Assembly: GCA_012295275.1 (NCBI GenBank)
Contig: CM022677.1
Location: 22,816,001 to 22,880,000 of the forward strand
Direction of reading: 5' to 3'
DNA: 64,000 nt
Source of the DNA: Chrysomallon squamiferum
Lineage: Eukaryota > Animalia > Mollusca
Shown: one piece after another, positions 12,505 through 26,625 of the stretch
How positions within the stretch are numbered: position 1 is the stretch's first letter
Layout of the letters: every line of letters begins with the position of its first letter
Notes under the pieces: model-generated
The model's database searches: none
Told to the model about the DNA's origin: nothing
The model's input: only the letters and a program-made list of their open reading frames with translations
Made by a program: the position numbers and the translations under genes

Positions 12505-12545
<41 letters not shown>

Positions 12546-12589
12546 GGTTAGGGTTAGGGTTAGGGTTAGGGTTAGGGTTAGGGTTAGGG

Positions 12590-12630
<41 letters not shown>

Positions 12631-12830
12631 GGTTAGGGTTAGGGTTAGGGTTAGGGTTAGGGTTAGGGTTAGGGTTAGGGTTAGGGTTAGGGTTAGGGTT
12701 AGGGTTAGGGTTAGGGTTAGGGTTAGGGTTAGGGTTAGGGTTAGGGTTAGGGTTAGGGTTAGGGTTAGGGTTAGGGTTAGGGTTAGGGTTAGGGTTAGGG
12801 TTAGGGTTAGGGTTAGGGTTAGGGTTAGGG
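12483..12830 (+). repeat. Canonical telomeric repeat (TTAGGG)n, G-rich strand on +
   Basis: About 58 nearly perfect hexamers with two TTTAGGG variants; the orientation is that of a chromosome end lying to the right. Confidence 0.97.
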
Positions 12831-15800
12831 TTAAAATTAGGGTTAGGGTTAAAAGGGTTAAAATTAAAATTAAAATTAAAATTAAAAATTAAAATTAGGG
12901 TTAAAATTAAAATTAAAATTAAAATTAAAATTAAAATTAAAATTAAAAAGGGTTAGGGTTAAAATTAAAATTAAAATTAAAATTAAAATTAAAATTAAAA
13001 TTAAAATTAAAATTAAAATTAAAATTAAAATTAAAATTAAAATTAAAATTAAAATTAAAATTAAAATTAAAATTAAAATTAAAATTAAAATTAAAATTAA
13101 AATTAAAATTAAAATTAAAATTAAAATTAAAATTAAAAAATTAAAATTAAAATTAAAATTAAAATTAAAATTAAAATTAAAATTAAAATTAAAAAAATTA
13201 AAATTAAAAAATTAAAATTAAAATTAAAATTAAAAATTAAAATTAAAATTAAAATTAAAATTAAAATTAAAATTAAAATTAAAATTAAAATTAAAATTAA
13301 AATTAAAATTAAAATTAAAATTAAAATTAAAATTAAAATTAAAATTAAAATTAAAATTAAAATTAAAATTAAAATTAAAATTAAAATTAAAATTAAAATT
13401 AAAATTAAAATTAAAATTAAAATTAAAATTAAAATTAAAATTTAAAATTAAAATTAAAATTAAAATTAAAATTAAAATTAAAAAAATTAAAATTAAAATT
13501 AAAATTAAAATTAAAATTAAAATTAAAATTAAAATTAAAATTAAAATTAAAATTAAAATTAAAATTAAAATTAAAATTAAAATTAAAATTAAAATTAAAA
13601 TTAAAATTAAAATTAAAATTAAAATTAAAATTAAAATTAAAATTAAAAAAATTAAAATTAAAATTAAAATTAAAATTAAAATTAAAATTAAAATTAAAAT
13701 TAAAATTAAAATTAAAAAATTAAAATTAAAAAAATTAAAATTAAAATTAAAATTAAAATTAAAATTAAAATTAAAATTAAAATTAAAATTAAAATTAAAA
13801 TTAAAATTAAAATTAAAAAAAAATTAAAATTAAAATTAAAATTAAAATTAAAATTAAAATTAAAATTAAAATTAAAATTAAAATTAAAATTAAAATTAAA
13901 ATTAAAATTAAAATTAAAATTAAAATTAAAATTAAAATTAAAATTAAAATTAAAATTAAAATTAAAATTAAAATTAAAATTAAAATTAAAATTAAAATTA
14001 AAATTAAAATTAAAATTAAAATTAAAATTAAAATTAAAATTAAAAAAATTAAAATTAAAATTAAAATTAAAATTAAAATTAAAATTAAAATTAAAATTAA
14101 AATTAAAATTAAAATTAAAATTAAAATTAAAATTAAAATTAAAATTAAAATTAAAATTAAAATTAAAATTAAAATTAAAATTAAAATTAAAATTAAAATT
14201 AAAATTAAAATTAAAATTAAAATTAAAATTAAAATTAAAATTAAAATTAAAATTAAAAAATTAAAATTAAAATTAAAATTAAAATTAAAAATTAAAATTA
14301 AAATTAAAATTAAAATTAAAATTAAAATTAAAATTAAAATTAAAATTAAAATTAAAATTAAAATTAAAATTAAAATTAAAATTAAAATTAAAATTAAAAT
14401 TAAAATTAAAATTAAAATTAAAATTAAAATTAAAATTAAAATTAAAATTAAAATTAAAATTAAAATTAAAATTAAAATTAAAATTAAAATTAAAATTAAA
14501 ATTAAAATTAAAATTAAAATTAAAATTAAAATTAAAAAATTAAAATTAAAATTAAAATTAAAATTAAAATTAAAATTAAAATTAAAATTAAAATTAAAAA
14601 AATTAAAATTAAAATTAAAATTAAAATTAAAATTAAAATTAAAATTAAAATTAAAATTAAAATTAAAATTAAAATTAAAATTAAAATTAAAATTAAAATT
14701 AAAATTAAAATTAAAATTAAAATTAAAATTAAAATTAAAATTAAAATTAAAATTAAAATTAAAATTAAAATTAAAATTAAAATTAAAATTAAAAAAATTA
14801 AAATTAAAATTAAAATTAAAATTAAAATTAAAATTAAAATTAAAATTAAAATTAAAATTAAAATTAAAATTAAAATTAAAATTAAAATTAAAATTAAAAT
14901 TAAAATTAAAATTAAAATTAAAATTAAAATTAAAAAATTAAAATTAAAATTAAAATTAAAATTAAAATTAAAATTAAAATTAAAATTAAAATTAAAATTA
15001 AAATTAAAATTAAAATTAAAATTAAAATTAAAATTAAAATTAAAATTAAAATTAAAATTAAAATTAAAAATTAAATTAAAATTAAAATTAAAATTAAAAT
15101 TAAAATTAAAATTAAAATTAAAATTAAAATTAAAATTAAAATTAAAATTAAAATTAAAAAAATTAAAATTAAAAAAATAAAAATTAAAATTAAAATTAAA
15201 ATTAAAATTAAAATTAAAATTAAAATTAAAATTAAAATTAAAATTAAAATTAAAATTAAAATTAAAATTAAAATTAAAATTAAAATTAAAATTAAAATTA
15301 AAATTAAAATTAAAATTAAAATTAAAATTAAAATTAAAATTAAAAAAATTAAAATTAAAATTAAAATTAAAATTAAAATTAAAATTAAAATTAAAATTAA
15401 AATTAAAATTAAAATTAAAATTAAAATTAAAATTAAAATTAAAATTAAAATTAAAATTAAAATTAAAATTAAAATTAAAATTAAAATTAAAATTAAAATT
15501 AAAATTAAAATTAAAATTAAAATTAAAATTAAAATTAAAATTAAAAAATTAAAATTAAAATTAAAATTAAAATTAAAATTAAAATTAAAATTAAAATTAA
15601 AATTAAAATTAAAATTAAAATTAAAATTAAAATTAAAATTAAAATTAAAATTAAAATTAAAATTAAAATTAAAATTAAAATTAAAATTAAAATTAAAATT
15701 AAAATTAAAAAATTAAAATTAAAATTAAAATTAAAATTAAAAAAATTAAAATTAAAATTAAAATTAAAATTAAAATTAAAAAAATTAAAATTAAAATTAA

Positions 15801-18052
15801 AATTAAAATTAAAATTAAAATTAAAATTAAAATTAAAATTAAAATTAAAATTAAAAAAATTAAAATTAAAATTAAAATTAAAATTAAAATTAAAATTAAA
15901 ATTAAAATTAAAATTAAAATTAAAATTAAAATTAAAATTAAAATTAAAATTAAAATTAAAATTAAAATTAAAATTAAAATTAAAATTAAAATTAAAATTA
16001 AAATTAAAATTAAAATTAAAATTAAAATTAAAATTAAAATTAAAATTAAAATTAAAATTAAAATTAAAATTAAAATTAAAATTAAAATTAAAATTAAAAT
16101 TAAAATTAAAATTAAAATTAAAATTAAAATTAAAATTAAAATTAAAATTAAAATTAAAAAAATAAAATTAAAATTAAAATTAAAATTAAAATTAAAATTA
16201 AAATTAAAATTAAAATTAAAATTAAAATTAAAATTAAAATTAAAATTAAAATTAAAATTAAAATTAAAATTAAAATTAAAATTAAAATTAAAATTAAAAT
16301 TAAAATTAAAAAAAATTAAAATTTAAATTAAAAATTAAAATTAAAATTAAAATTAAAATTAAAATTAAAATTAAAATTAAAATTAAAATTAAAATTAAAA
16401 AAAATTAAAATTAAAATTAAAATTAAAAAAATTAAAATTAAAATTAAAATTAAAATTAAAATTAAAATTAAAATTAAAATTAAAATTAAAATTAAAATTA
16501 AAATTAAAAAAATTAAAATTAAAATTAAAATTAAAATTAAAATTAAAAATTAAAATTAAAATTAAAATTAAAATTAAAATTAAAATTAAAATTAAAATTA
16601 AAAAAAATTAAAATTAAAATTAAAATTAAAATTAAAATTAAAATTAAAATTAAAATTAAAATTAAAATTAAAATTAAAATTAAAATTAAAATTAAAATTA
16701 AAATTAAAATTAAAATTAAAATTAAAATTAAAATTAAAATTAAAATTAAAATTAAAAAATAAAAATTAAAATTAAAAAAAATTAAAAAATTAAAATTTAA
16801 AAAATTAAAATTAAAATTAAAATTAAAATTAAAATTAAAATTAAAATTAAAATTAAAATTAAAATTAAAATTAAAATTAAAATTAAAATTAAAATTAAAA
16901 TTAAAATTAAAATTAAAATTAAAATTAAAATTAAAATTAAAATTAAAATTAAAATTAAAATTAAAATTAAAATTAAAATTAAAATTAAAATTAAAATTAA
17001 AATTAAAATTAAAATTAAAATTAAAAATTAAAATTAAAATTAAAATTAAAATTAAAATTAAAATTAAAAAATTAAAATTAAAATTAAAATTAAAATTAAA
17101 ATTAAAATTAAAATTAAAATTAAAATTAAAATTAAAATTAAATTTAAAATTAAAATTAAAATTAAAATTAAAATTAAAATTAAAATTAAAATTAAAATTA
17201 AAATTAAAATTAAAATTAAAATTAAAATTAAAATTAAAATTAAAATTAAAATTAAAATTAAAATTAAAAATTAAAATTAAAATTAAAATTAAAATTAAAA
17301 TTAAAATTAAAATTAAAATTAAAATTAAAATTAAAATTAAAATTAAAAAAAAATTAAAATTAAAATTAAAATTAAAATTAAAATTAAAATTAAAATTAAA
17401 ATTAAAATTAAAATTAAAATTAAAATTAAAATTAAAAAAATTAAAATTAAAATTAAAATTAAAATTAAAATTAAAATTAAAATTAAAATTAAAATTAAAA
17501 TTAAAATTAAAATTAAAATTAAAATTAAAATTAAAATTAAAATTAAAATTAAAATTAAAATTAAAATTAAAATTAAAATTAAAATTAAAATTAAAATTAA
17601 AATTAAAATTAAAATTAAAATTAAAATTAAAATTAAAATTAAAATTAAAATTAAAATTAAAATTAAAATTAAAATTAAAATTAAAATTAAAATTAAAATT
17701 AAAATTAAAATTAAAATTAAAATTAAAATTAAAATTAAAATTAAAAAATTAAAAATTAAAATTAAAATTAAAATTAAAATTAAAAAATTAAAATTAAAAT
17801 TAAAATTAAAATTAAAATTAAATTAAAATTAAAATTAAAATTAAAATTAAAATTAAAATTAAAATTAAAATTAAAATTAAAATTAAAATTAAAATTAAAA
17901 TTAAAATTAAAATTAAAATTAAAATTAAAATTAAAATTAAAATTAAAATTAAAATTAAAATTAAAATTAAAAAAATTAAAATTAAAATTAAAATTAAAAT
18001 TAAAATTTAAAATTAAAATTAAAATTAAAATTAAAATTAAAATTAAAAATTA
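12831..18052 (+). repeat. (TTAAAA)n array of about 5.2 kb, most likely miscalled (TTAGGG)n telomere
   Basis: Same 6-bp period and phase as the TTAGGG array, a mixed TTAGGG/TTAAAA zone at 12831-12958, homopolymer-length noise, and it runs to the contig end. TTAGGG to TTAAAA is an established nanopore basecaller error. Confidence 0.9.
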
Positions 18053-18252
18053 NNNNNNNNNNNNNNNNNNNNNNNNNNNNNNNNNNNNNNNNNNNNNNNN
18101 NNNNNNNNNNNNNNNNNNNNNNNNNNNNNNNNNNNNNNNNNNNNNNNNNNNNNNNNNNNNNNNNNNNNNNNNNNNNNNNNNNNNNNNNNNNNNNNNNNNN
18201 NNNNNNNNNNNNNNNNNNNNNNNNNNNNNNNNNNNNNNNNNNNNNNNNNNNN
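18053..18252. other. Scaffold gap of 200 N
   Basis: Exactly 200 Ns, a fixed-length scaffolding or curation join. Confidence 0.99.
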
Positions 18253-18400
18253 AACCCCAGAATTTCTTATAAATTTGCCAGTTGAGCCTGTGGTATCCAG
18301 TTCTTAATCCGAAAATGATGACTGTTAGTGATGTCATCAGTTTGTTTGTGAGGCATATTTTAAATGGGATTTCATCTCTTTGTATGTCACCCAGCTGTTA
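18253..18400 (-). mobile_element. LINE ORF2 fragment (post-RNase H, RLRTGH-type motif)
   Basis: Translation VIIFGLRTGYHRLNWQIYKKF resembles the VIIFRLRTGHNRLxxHMFxKF segment of RNase H-bearing LINEs; truncated by the gap. Confidence 0.6.
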
Positions 18401-19113
18401 ACCAGTGATATTCCTGCCTGTCCATACAGTAATTACGGACAAACCTAATTATTCTGTTTTTATCCTTTTGCAATAACATTCACATACTGAATTAAGATAA
18501 GATAATATCTTAATTTTTCATCATCATAAGTTAACTGTTAGTATTGTATTGAAACCAAAAACAATTATAAAGAAAGTACTTGATGTGTACGTAATTTAGT
18601 ATTAAAACCAACAGATTAAGACCGAATGAATTTAAAATTAATTTCTTAAATTTTAAATGTAATTTTGTGTTATCATTGTTTGTTTGCATGCTTATTTTTA
18701 CAACAATTGCTGTCAATCAACGATAGATTTGCATTTCAAGTGTTGACAAATTAGCTTGAAAAGTCAGGCAAAGTGTATATTGCCTGAAATACTTAGATTC
18801 TATGGAGATGCACTGTTCGGGTGCAATTAGCGGCCATATTGAACAAACACTTAACAAAAAAGTAATTAATTACCTTAATCAAGATCGCTCTAGTGACTGT
18901 TACTTCCTTTTGCAAACAACAATGATCTACACTGTGACGTAGACGCACGCGCGTCAAAACGACTTGACCTTGAGTTAAAAGAAACGAGGGGTTGTCTCAT
19001 AATTGCGTAAACGTATGCGAAAACCAAGTTCATTTAAACTATGATTATTCAAAATCATTTAAAATATGATTATTGTTATTATTTTGATTCAAAAGTATTT
19101 TAACATTATCTAT

Positions 19114-19196
<83 letters not shown>

Positions 19197-19414
19197 AACC
19201 CAATTCAACTTACCCATAACGTAATGTATATATTTTTTCTTACTTTTTTAAGTTACTTAAAATATTTTTGAAACTTTCACAATGATGCAACTGCTATTAA
19301 TATTTTTATTTTTATTTTACTGATTTATTTATTTATTTATTTTTTTATAATCATAATGTAAGAAATAAATTACCGATAATAATAATAATAATAATAATAA
19401 TAATTTTTTCATTT

Positions 19415-19615
19415 TTTCCATCCATTGCACCTTGTGTAGAGTACATTAGACTGTGGTACGTACTGCCATGTCAGTGAGTCCATTTGTTCCATCCAATGCA
19501 CTCTGTCTAGTATATTAGATAATGTGGTATGTACTGCCCTGTGAGTGAGTCGGTTTCTTCCAACTGAGGCACTGTGTCTGCTATATTAAAACCTGTGGTA
19601 TGTGCTAACGTGTCA
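19415..19615. repeat. About 70-bp degenerate tandem repeat, 3 copies
   Basis: Recurrent ttccatcca...tgtggtacgtactgcc.tgtcagtgagtc. Confidence 0.6.
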
Positions 19616-19809
19616 ATGGCAACGTCGTAATAATAACATTAAAAGTAGAAATAATAAAAATAACCAGATGATTTTAAAAAAGAAGAAACATCTTGTGTTG
19701 TCATTGGAGTTTAAATTATGAAAACTATTAGCCATACACTCCTTTCTGAAGTTTTATCCCCTACATTAAAATGGCACATCTACATTAAAAATAATGTATC
19801 TCCCTCTCT

Positions 19810-19860
<51 letters not shown>

Positions 19861-19919
19861 GACCTATAACCATACATATAATAATAATAGTAATATAAAT
19901 TGAATAATGTAAAACCAAC

Positions 19920-20133
19920 CTTTGCTCATACAGATGAAAGGGTATGTGTCTTTGCATGTAAAGTCAAACTGATATCCTCTATTGCGGACATAAGCAAAAC
20001 TAGGTGGACAACACTGGCTTCAGATTTATCATTTTTACTTGCCCAGTAGGCATGGCAACTGCCCTCCATGTTATGAGCTTCTGTCTTTTTTCCTTGCATT
20101 TGTCTATTAAATAAGAAGAAAGAAAAAAGTAAT

Positions 20134-20174
<41 letters not shown>

Positions 20175-20349
20175 AACACACATTTAACACATTTATGAAG
20201 GACAAGGAACATTAGCTGAACAAGACTTGGTAATTCTGTTATTACTGGTGATTTGGTTCCACATCTGCCCACTGCCTACACTTGTCACTAAACAAAGGCC
20301 AATCTGTTTATAATCGGTCCATGATGCCCATATTTAGCTCTGTTTGTAT
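19920..20349 (-). pseudogene. Two decayed exons: TSP1-like (about 20349-20195) and C-type-lectin-like (20103-19920)
   Basis: AG acceptors at 20350 and 20104. Minus-strand translations give WASWTDYKQIGLCLVTSVGSGQ...SCSANVPCP and, after a frameshift, ...GYQFDFTCKDTYPFICMSK followed by a GT donor. Frameshifts and stops are present; family assignment is by eye. Confidence 0.4.
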
Positions 20350-21486
20350 CTGTGGAGATTAATAAGCCTTTCTTATTCTCAAGAATATGCTTTTGTTTTA
20401 TTTTGTTCAGCTTCAGACTGAGGACCACAACCTCCACCATCCAGTACATCATTGTTACATTGTACACCAAGACGTTAAGAACAATACTGGAACGACGGCA
20501 ATGACGGCCTCATTAATAGAAAGAGCAATGATATTTTTTAACGTAGGATGTGGACACGAATTGCCATACTTAATGAAAGGGAAAAGAATACTTTTTATTT
20601 TTTTCAGAGCAGATGTTTTTAGATGTATTGGTAAATTCCTGGACAATAATAAGCAACTTATTCTAGTGTGAGTTGTAAGCTTTGTGGTTTTATTTGGTGC
20701 ATTAATATAAATTATAACAAGAAAGAAAAAGTAGGTAAAAAATAATAACAACACCGTTTATTTGAAGTTTACGGTGAACGATTGGCTAATAATAAAAACA
20801 AAAAATAATAAAATAAATAAATAAAAGAAGAACCACATCGATTTATAATTAGTACGTATATTTTAATAAATTATTTTATTTTAATTGTTTTGAACGTTAA
20901 TTTAATATCTTTTTTTTTATTTATTTATTTATTTATTTTTTTTTTAGTATCTTATTTGCGAAAAAATGCGGGATGATTTCGGTCTTTGCGGATTTACTTT
21001 CTTGTTGGATGTTCGAAGAATATAATACAGAATTGGGATAATCGCATTATCATGCAACAAAAAAGTTGCTTAATGTGTTTCATTTTCTGAAGGAGACAGG
21101 TATTACTATTTATTATTATAGTTGTTAATGTGTTTTGATATTTTTCGATTTATTTAATTATAATTTAAAAGTCATACACGGGATGGCAGCCATCTTATTT
21201 TGGAATAATATTTATTTATTTATTTTCATTTTTTTTGTGTGTGTGTGTGCAAATAACGACACTCGATTAGTAATAAAATTCACCAGTGGTTGTACTAATG
21301 TGAACAGCATAAACAACGTCATATAAATAAGAAATCATGTTTAGTCTTTAATTTTGTTTTACCAATCATATATGATATATCGAGGGCAAATTTTGTGTGA
21401 CCAGTAATTAAAGTTGTCTTAAAATAAATTGACTTGTGTAGCACACATCACAGGACAACTATGTGTCGACTGTTAAAGGATTTATT

Positions 21487-21526
<40 letters not shown>

Positions 21527-23499
21527 TTTTGAAATAAACTAATAAAACTATTTTTAAAATATGCTAATTTTGTTTCACATGTTGTTTTCTGTCAGTTTTT
21601 TTATGATTTTTCTTTTTAAATTCATGTTAAATTCATGCTCTATACATTATTAAACATATTTAATTGATTTTTTAAAACATATTAAAGGTTATAATGGGTG
21701 GGGCCATAAATGGTTTCATTATTTAAGCTAAATACCTGTATAGCTCAGTGTTAACACTAAAAACAAATAAAGATAAATACAAATTTATTTGTTATAATAA
21801 TATTTAACACACACACACACACACACCAAAAATTTGTTATCCTCAGTGGACATCACTCTCATGAACGCTGCCTTCCTGAGTCTCGTCTTGTTCTGCAGCA
21901 GCTACAGCCTCTGTTTTCTTTATCTTTACATCCAGCTTCATTCTCAGAGTGGCATAAAGGTTTATTCATATGATATCTGCTTGGTTTTATATAATATTAT
22001 CAACTAGTTGAATAGTTCTTATTTAAACTTGTCATTCGATAGTAAACATGGAGTAAAACATATTGAAAGCAGATGCAAAGTGCCTCGCGAGGTCTCGATT
22101 TCGTCATCAGTTTTACAGTCTACCATGTAAAACCACTTTCCAGGCAAAGACAATCTCTTTTTTTTTTTTTTTTTTTTTAAAACAACAAAAAATGCAGGAA
22201 AAGGTGATGATTTTGAAACGAATATAAAATATTATTTTTGCTGATTCTACATTTTGCCATATAAACTGCACTGCAGGATAAGATTAATATTTCTTTTATT
22301 TTCTTTTATTTTATTTTTAATCACTCACTGGTGGATGAATATTACCATAATGTGGACACGTTACTCTGCTAAAACTCCATAGCGGACAGATCTGAGTACG
22401 TTGTTGTAAAACAGTACTTGAAACCATTTATAATTTTTTATTTTAATATTTATTTCCATATTCAATGCATTAGAGGTGGTATAAAAAAATTAGATAAAAA
22501 TTAGTTATTTAACTAAAATGCCTCACATTTTTCATAGGCTCACATTTTTTGATAACGAATTCTTTTCAATTTACAGGTGGAAACTGTCTAGTCCATGTCA
22601 GATTTTGTATTTCTTTTAAACACTTGGTCAAAAACAAAGTATTTCAGATCTCACTCTCTCCCTTACAGTACAAGGCAGGTCAGTGCTGAAGATTCAGAGG
22701 AGAATTCACAATTTTATAGATTTCAGCTTTGAGAAATATTAGTGGTATTGTATTATTATTATTATTACATTTTCATGTTATGTTTGTATTGCTTAACTTT
22801 AAAATATTTTGATCTAATCAATGCATTAGAAAATCTTTCATAAAAAAATATTTTCACTTATCTTTATGAATTTAGATTATAAAAAACACATTTTTTGAAT
22901 TGACCAGAATTTTAAATTTACAGTTTGTATTGATCCTGTTTTTTTAGAGATCTAAATTTATATTTAAATTATTTGTTATTATTAAACCCTATTATAATAA
23001 GACTGATGATGTTTATTTATAATAATTTCTTTCAAACATTACAAACACAATGGAAAAATACTTATTATTCTATTAAATTTTATTATTGTATCTACAGGAA
23101 AGACATTATTCTGGAATCAGCTTAAGTTACAAGAATATGGAGAAGACTATAAAGGTTGCTTCAAACAGTTGAGATATCTACTGATATAGACCAAGTTTCC
23201 AGACAGAGAAGTTGTTGACAGTATATGTCAGTGTTGATTGATTGTTCTCCAGTAGTTAACAGTGGATGATTCTTGATTATTATGGAAAAAAAACTTCCAC
23301 TATAATGACTAAGGACACTGCAAAAACTCTGTGTGTTTCTACATTACAAATTATAGAGTGAAATGAAAAGATATGGAGCAATGATATTTACAGATAGACA
23401 ACAAGCAGGTTCCAGCTTAAAGTTGTTTTCATAAAGAATATTCAAAGTTAACTTGAGAGCTACCATTTGAAGAAATTGAAAGATGATTGACAGAGATAG

Positions 23500-23608
23500 T
23501 ATATGTGTGAGTATGTTTGTGAGTGTATCGGCAATAGTGATAATTGCTACTCTGAAAATGGTGTCTGTGTGTGTGTATCACCAATAGTGATAACTGCTAT
23601 TTTGATAA

Positions 23609-23655
<47 letters not shown>

Positions 23656-24525
23656 AGAAATAGTCATAATAGTGTCTCTGTTTCAGCACAAGTGATAATT
23701 ACTACTCTGATAATAGTGTATGTGTGTGTGTGTATCTGTTTGAGTGTATCGGCAATAGTGATACTTGCTACTCTGATAGGTTGTGTGTATGTGTGTATCA
23801 GCAATAGTTACAATTGCTAACTGATAACAGTATGTGTGTCATAATTGCTACTCTGATAATAGTTTGTGTGTCAGTGTAACTACTGTTGTAATTGTGTGTG
23901 ATCACCAGTAGTGATAACTGCTACTCTGATAATACTGTCTGTGTGTGAGTGGTATCAGCAATAGTGTTAATCTGATAATAGTATGTGCATGTGAGTGTAT
24001 CAGCAATGGTGATAATTGCTTCTCTGATAATAGTATTAGTATGTGTATGAGTGTATCAGCAATATTGGTAATTGCTTCTCTGATAATAGCATGTGTGTTT
24101 GTGTGTATGTTTCTGTGTGTGTATTAGCAATAGAGTTTACTACTCTGATAATAATGTGTATTTGTCTGTGTGTATCAGCAGTAGTGACTATTGCTACACA
24201 GCAATAGTGTGTGTATGTGTGTGAGTGTATCAGCCATACTGATAACTGCTACTCTGATAATAGTATATGTGTGTGTGTGTGTGTCTGTGTCAGCAATATT
24301 GAAAATTGCGACTGATAATATGTATGTATGAGTGAGTGTATGAGCAATACTGATAACTGCTAGTCTGATAATAGTGTGTGTGTGTCAGTGTGATAATAGT
24401 ATGTGTGTGTATTTGTGAGTATATCAGATATAGTTATAACTGCTTTTCTGTTCATATTGTGTGTATATCAGCAATACTGATAACTGCCTCTCTGATAATA
24501 GTATGTATGTGTGTGAGTGTGTCAG
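23500..24525. repeat. About 50-bp degenerate satellite with embedded (GT)n (gtgtatcagcaatagtgataattgctactctgataatagt)
   Basis: Recurrent core. Reverse-complement copies flank the MULE at about 26540-26625 and 28190-28270. Confidence 0.85.
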
Positions 24526-25217
24526 CAGTAGTTAGTAGTAGTGATAGTAGTAGTAGTAGCAGCAGTAGCAGTAGTAATTTTAGTAGCAGTAGTAGTAGTA
24601 GGAGAGGAGGAGGAGCAGCAGTAGCAGTTGTAACAGAAACAGAAACAACAGTAGTATTGGTAGTAGTAGTTGTAGTAGTAATAATATCAATAATACATTA
24701 CAATAAGACTAATAAATATAGCAATATTAATAATAATTGTAATAAGACAAATAAAATAATAATAATAATAAAAATAATAATAAGATATTACATTATATTA
24801 ACAATGAAAAAGGACAGTATCATAATAATACAAAATAAGATTACTAACAATCAAATTCACAGAATTCAAAAAGAAGGAGAAAAGAATATGTAACTATAAT
24901 ATCTTGCAGTCTGCCTCCATGTCAAAGAGAGGTTCTGGTTTCTGAATACTTGCATTGCCAGACAGGTTGAATGCATACACAGCCCTTGCACAATGATCAG
25001 CTAGCTGGAGTGAAAGTGTGATTTTAACAACTGTTTATATGTGAGAAGAAATATATTGTTCTTTACATTAAAAACAAAGGAAAGTTTTAGAAATTAATGT
25101 AAAAGTTGAAATTAAAACTGGATGCAAAATTTGAGATATATATGTTAAGTAATGAGAAATGTTATTTCATGTTACTCATTTCTTATTTATTAATTTCCCT
25201 TGCTCCTCTCTCTTTCT

Positions 25218-25287
<70 letters not shown>

Positions 25288-25661
25288 CACTACATTAATA
25301 ACTATTTTCTTGTTCTTTTATTTGTAAATAGATACATAGACTGTATTGAAACAAAATACATTTGTAAGTATGTGTATGTATTTGTAAAGAAAATAAAGTT
25401 AATAAAAATAATGTAGTTATAGTAATAATTTTTAAAATTATTTATCCAAAAATTACAACCCACAAATAAAAAACAAAAATCTTCATACACAGAATACAGC
25501 ACATACATATACTTTGTTTATTACCTGAAGCCAGGTAGGTACTTCTCCATCTTTCTTAGCCTCAGTGATAGTGTTCAATTCATCAACAGACAGAATACAC
25601 TCCTTAGAGTCTAGAAATTTAAAATACTTTCATCACGTTCTGTTCTCTTCTATATTATTAT

Positions 25662-25754
<93 letters not shown>

Positions 25755-26625
25755 AAGATATGGAGATGAAATTCTAAATTGTCAAGTGGGAAAGACAAGA
25801 TATAAATATTCAAAAATAAGGAGAATGTGATGTTTATTATTACAGATAGATATATAGAAAGATAGACAGATAGCTGTGAACTGTTATTACTGCTCTACTA
25901 CACACCATATAATCACTCACCATGACCTTTCAACATGATATGACAAATTTCAATAAGTATGAACCATATAAATGTTAAAAATAAAAAAATAACTATAACT
26001 GTTTACCAGGATGTCCTCCAGGTGCTGTCAGTTTAATCAGGAAGCTGTCTGCAACTGAAGGGAGACAACTGCAAGATGATTCAATTTTTTCCCCTGACTT
26101 TTTGACAGCAAGATCTTAAAATTAATTAAGTTTATATAAATAATTTAAAAAGAAAACAACATAACAACAGCATTAACAATAATAGAACCTTTTATTTAGT
26201 ATTCCTTCTTTTTTCTTATTGTTACCATTGGATTAGCGTAGGTGAGTGTTAGGGTTAGGATTAGTGTTAGGGTTACATATTGCTGCTGATATTGTTGGTG
26301 GTAATTATTTTGTAATTTTATAAATATTTGCATTTTTTTACTGAAAAATATAAAATAATTTATTATGTGAAGCTTACCTAATGAGTTTCCACCAGTATTC
26401 AAGCTCTTTCACTCAGAGTTGTGACCCTTGGTGGTATAAACAAAGACTAAGGACAGATTCAATCTTAAATTTAAATAAAACAGACCTGAGTATTTTGTAC
26501 AAAGCATTTAAACATATAAACTGATAACCAAATATTACTTAACACACACACACACACACACATTATCTTAATAGTAACAATTAACACTATTGCTGATACA
26601 CACATTCACTCACACACTCACACAT

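Noticed and set aside
12831-18052. Novel AT-only telomere motif or new satellite
   Set aside because: It matches a documented nanopore miscall of TTAGGG and is not accepted without orthogonal reads.
26409-26411. In-frame TGA as selenocysteine
   Set aside because: The gene has other stops and frameshifts, there is no redox motif context, and no SECIS is recognisable.
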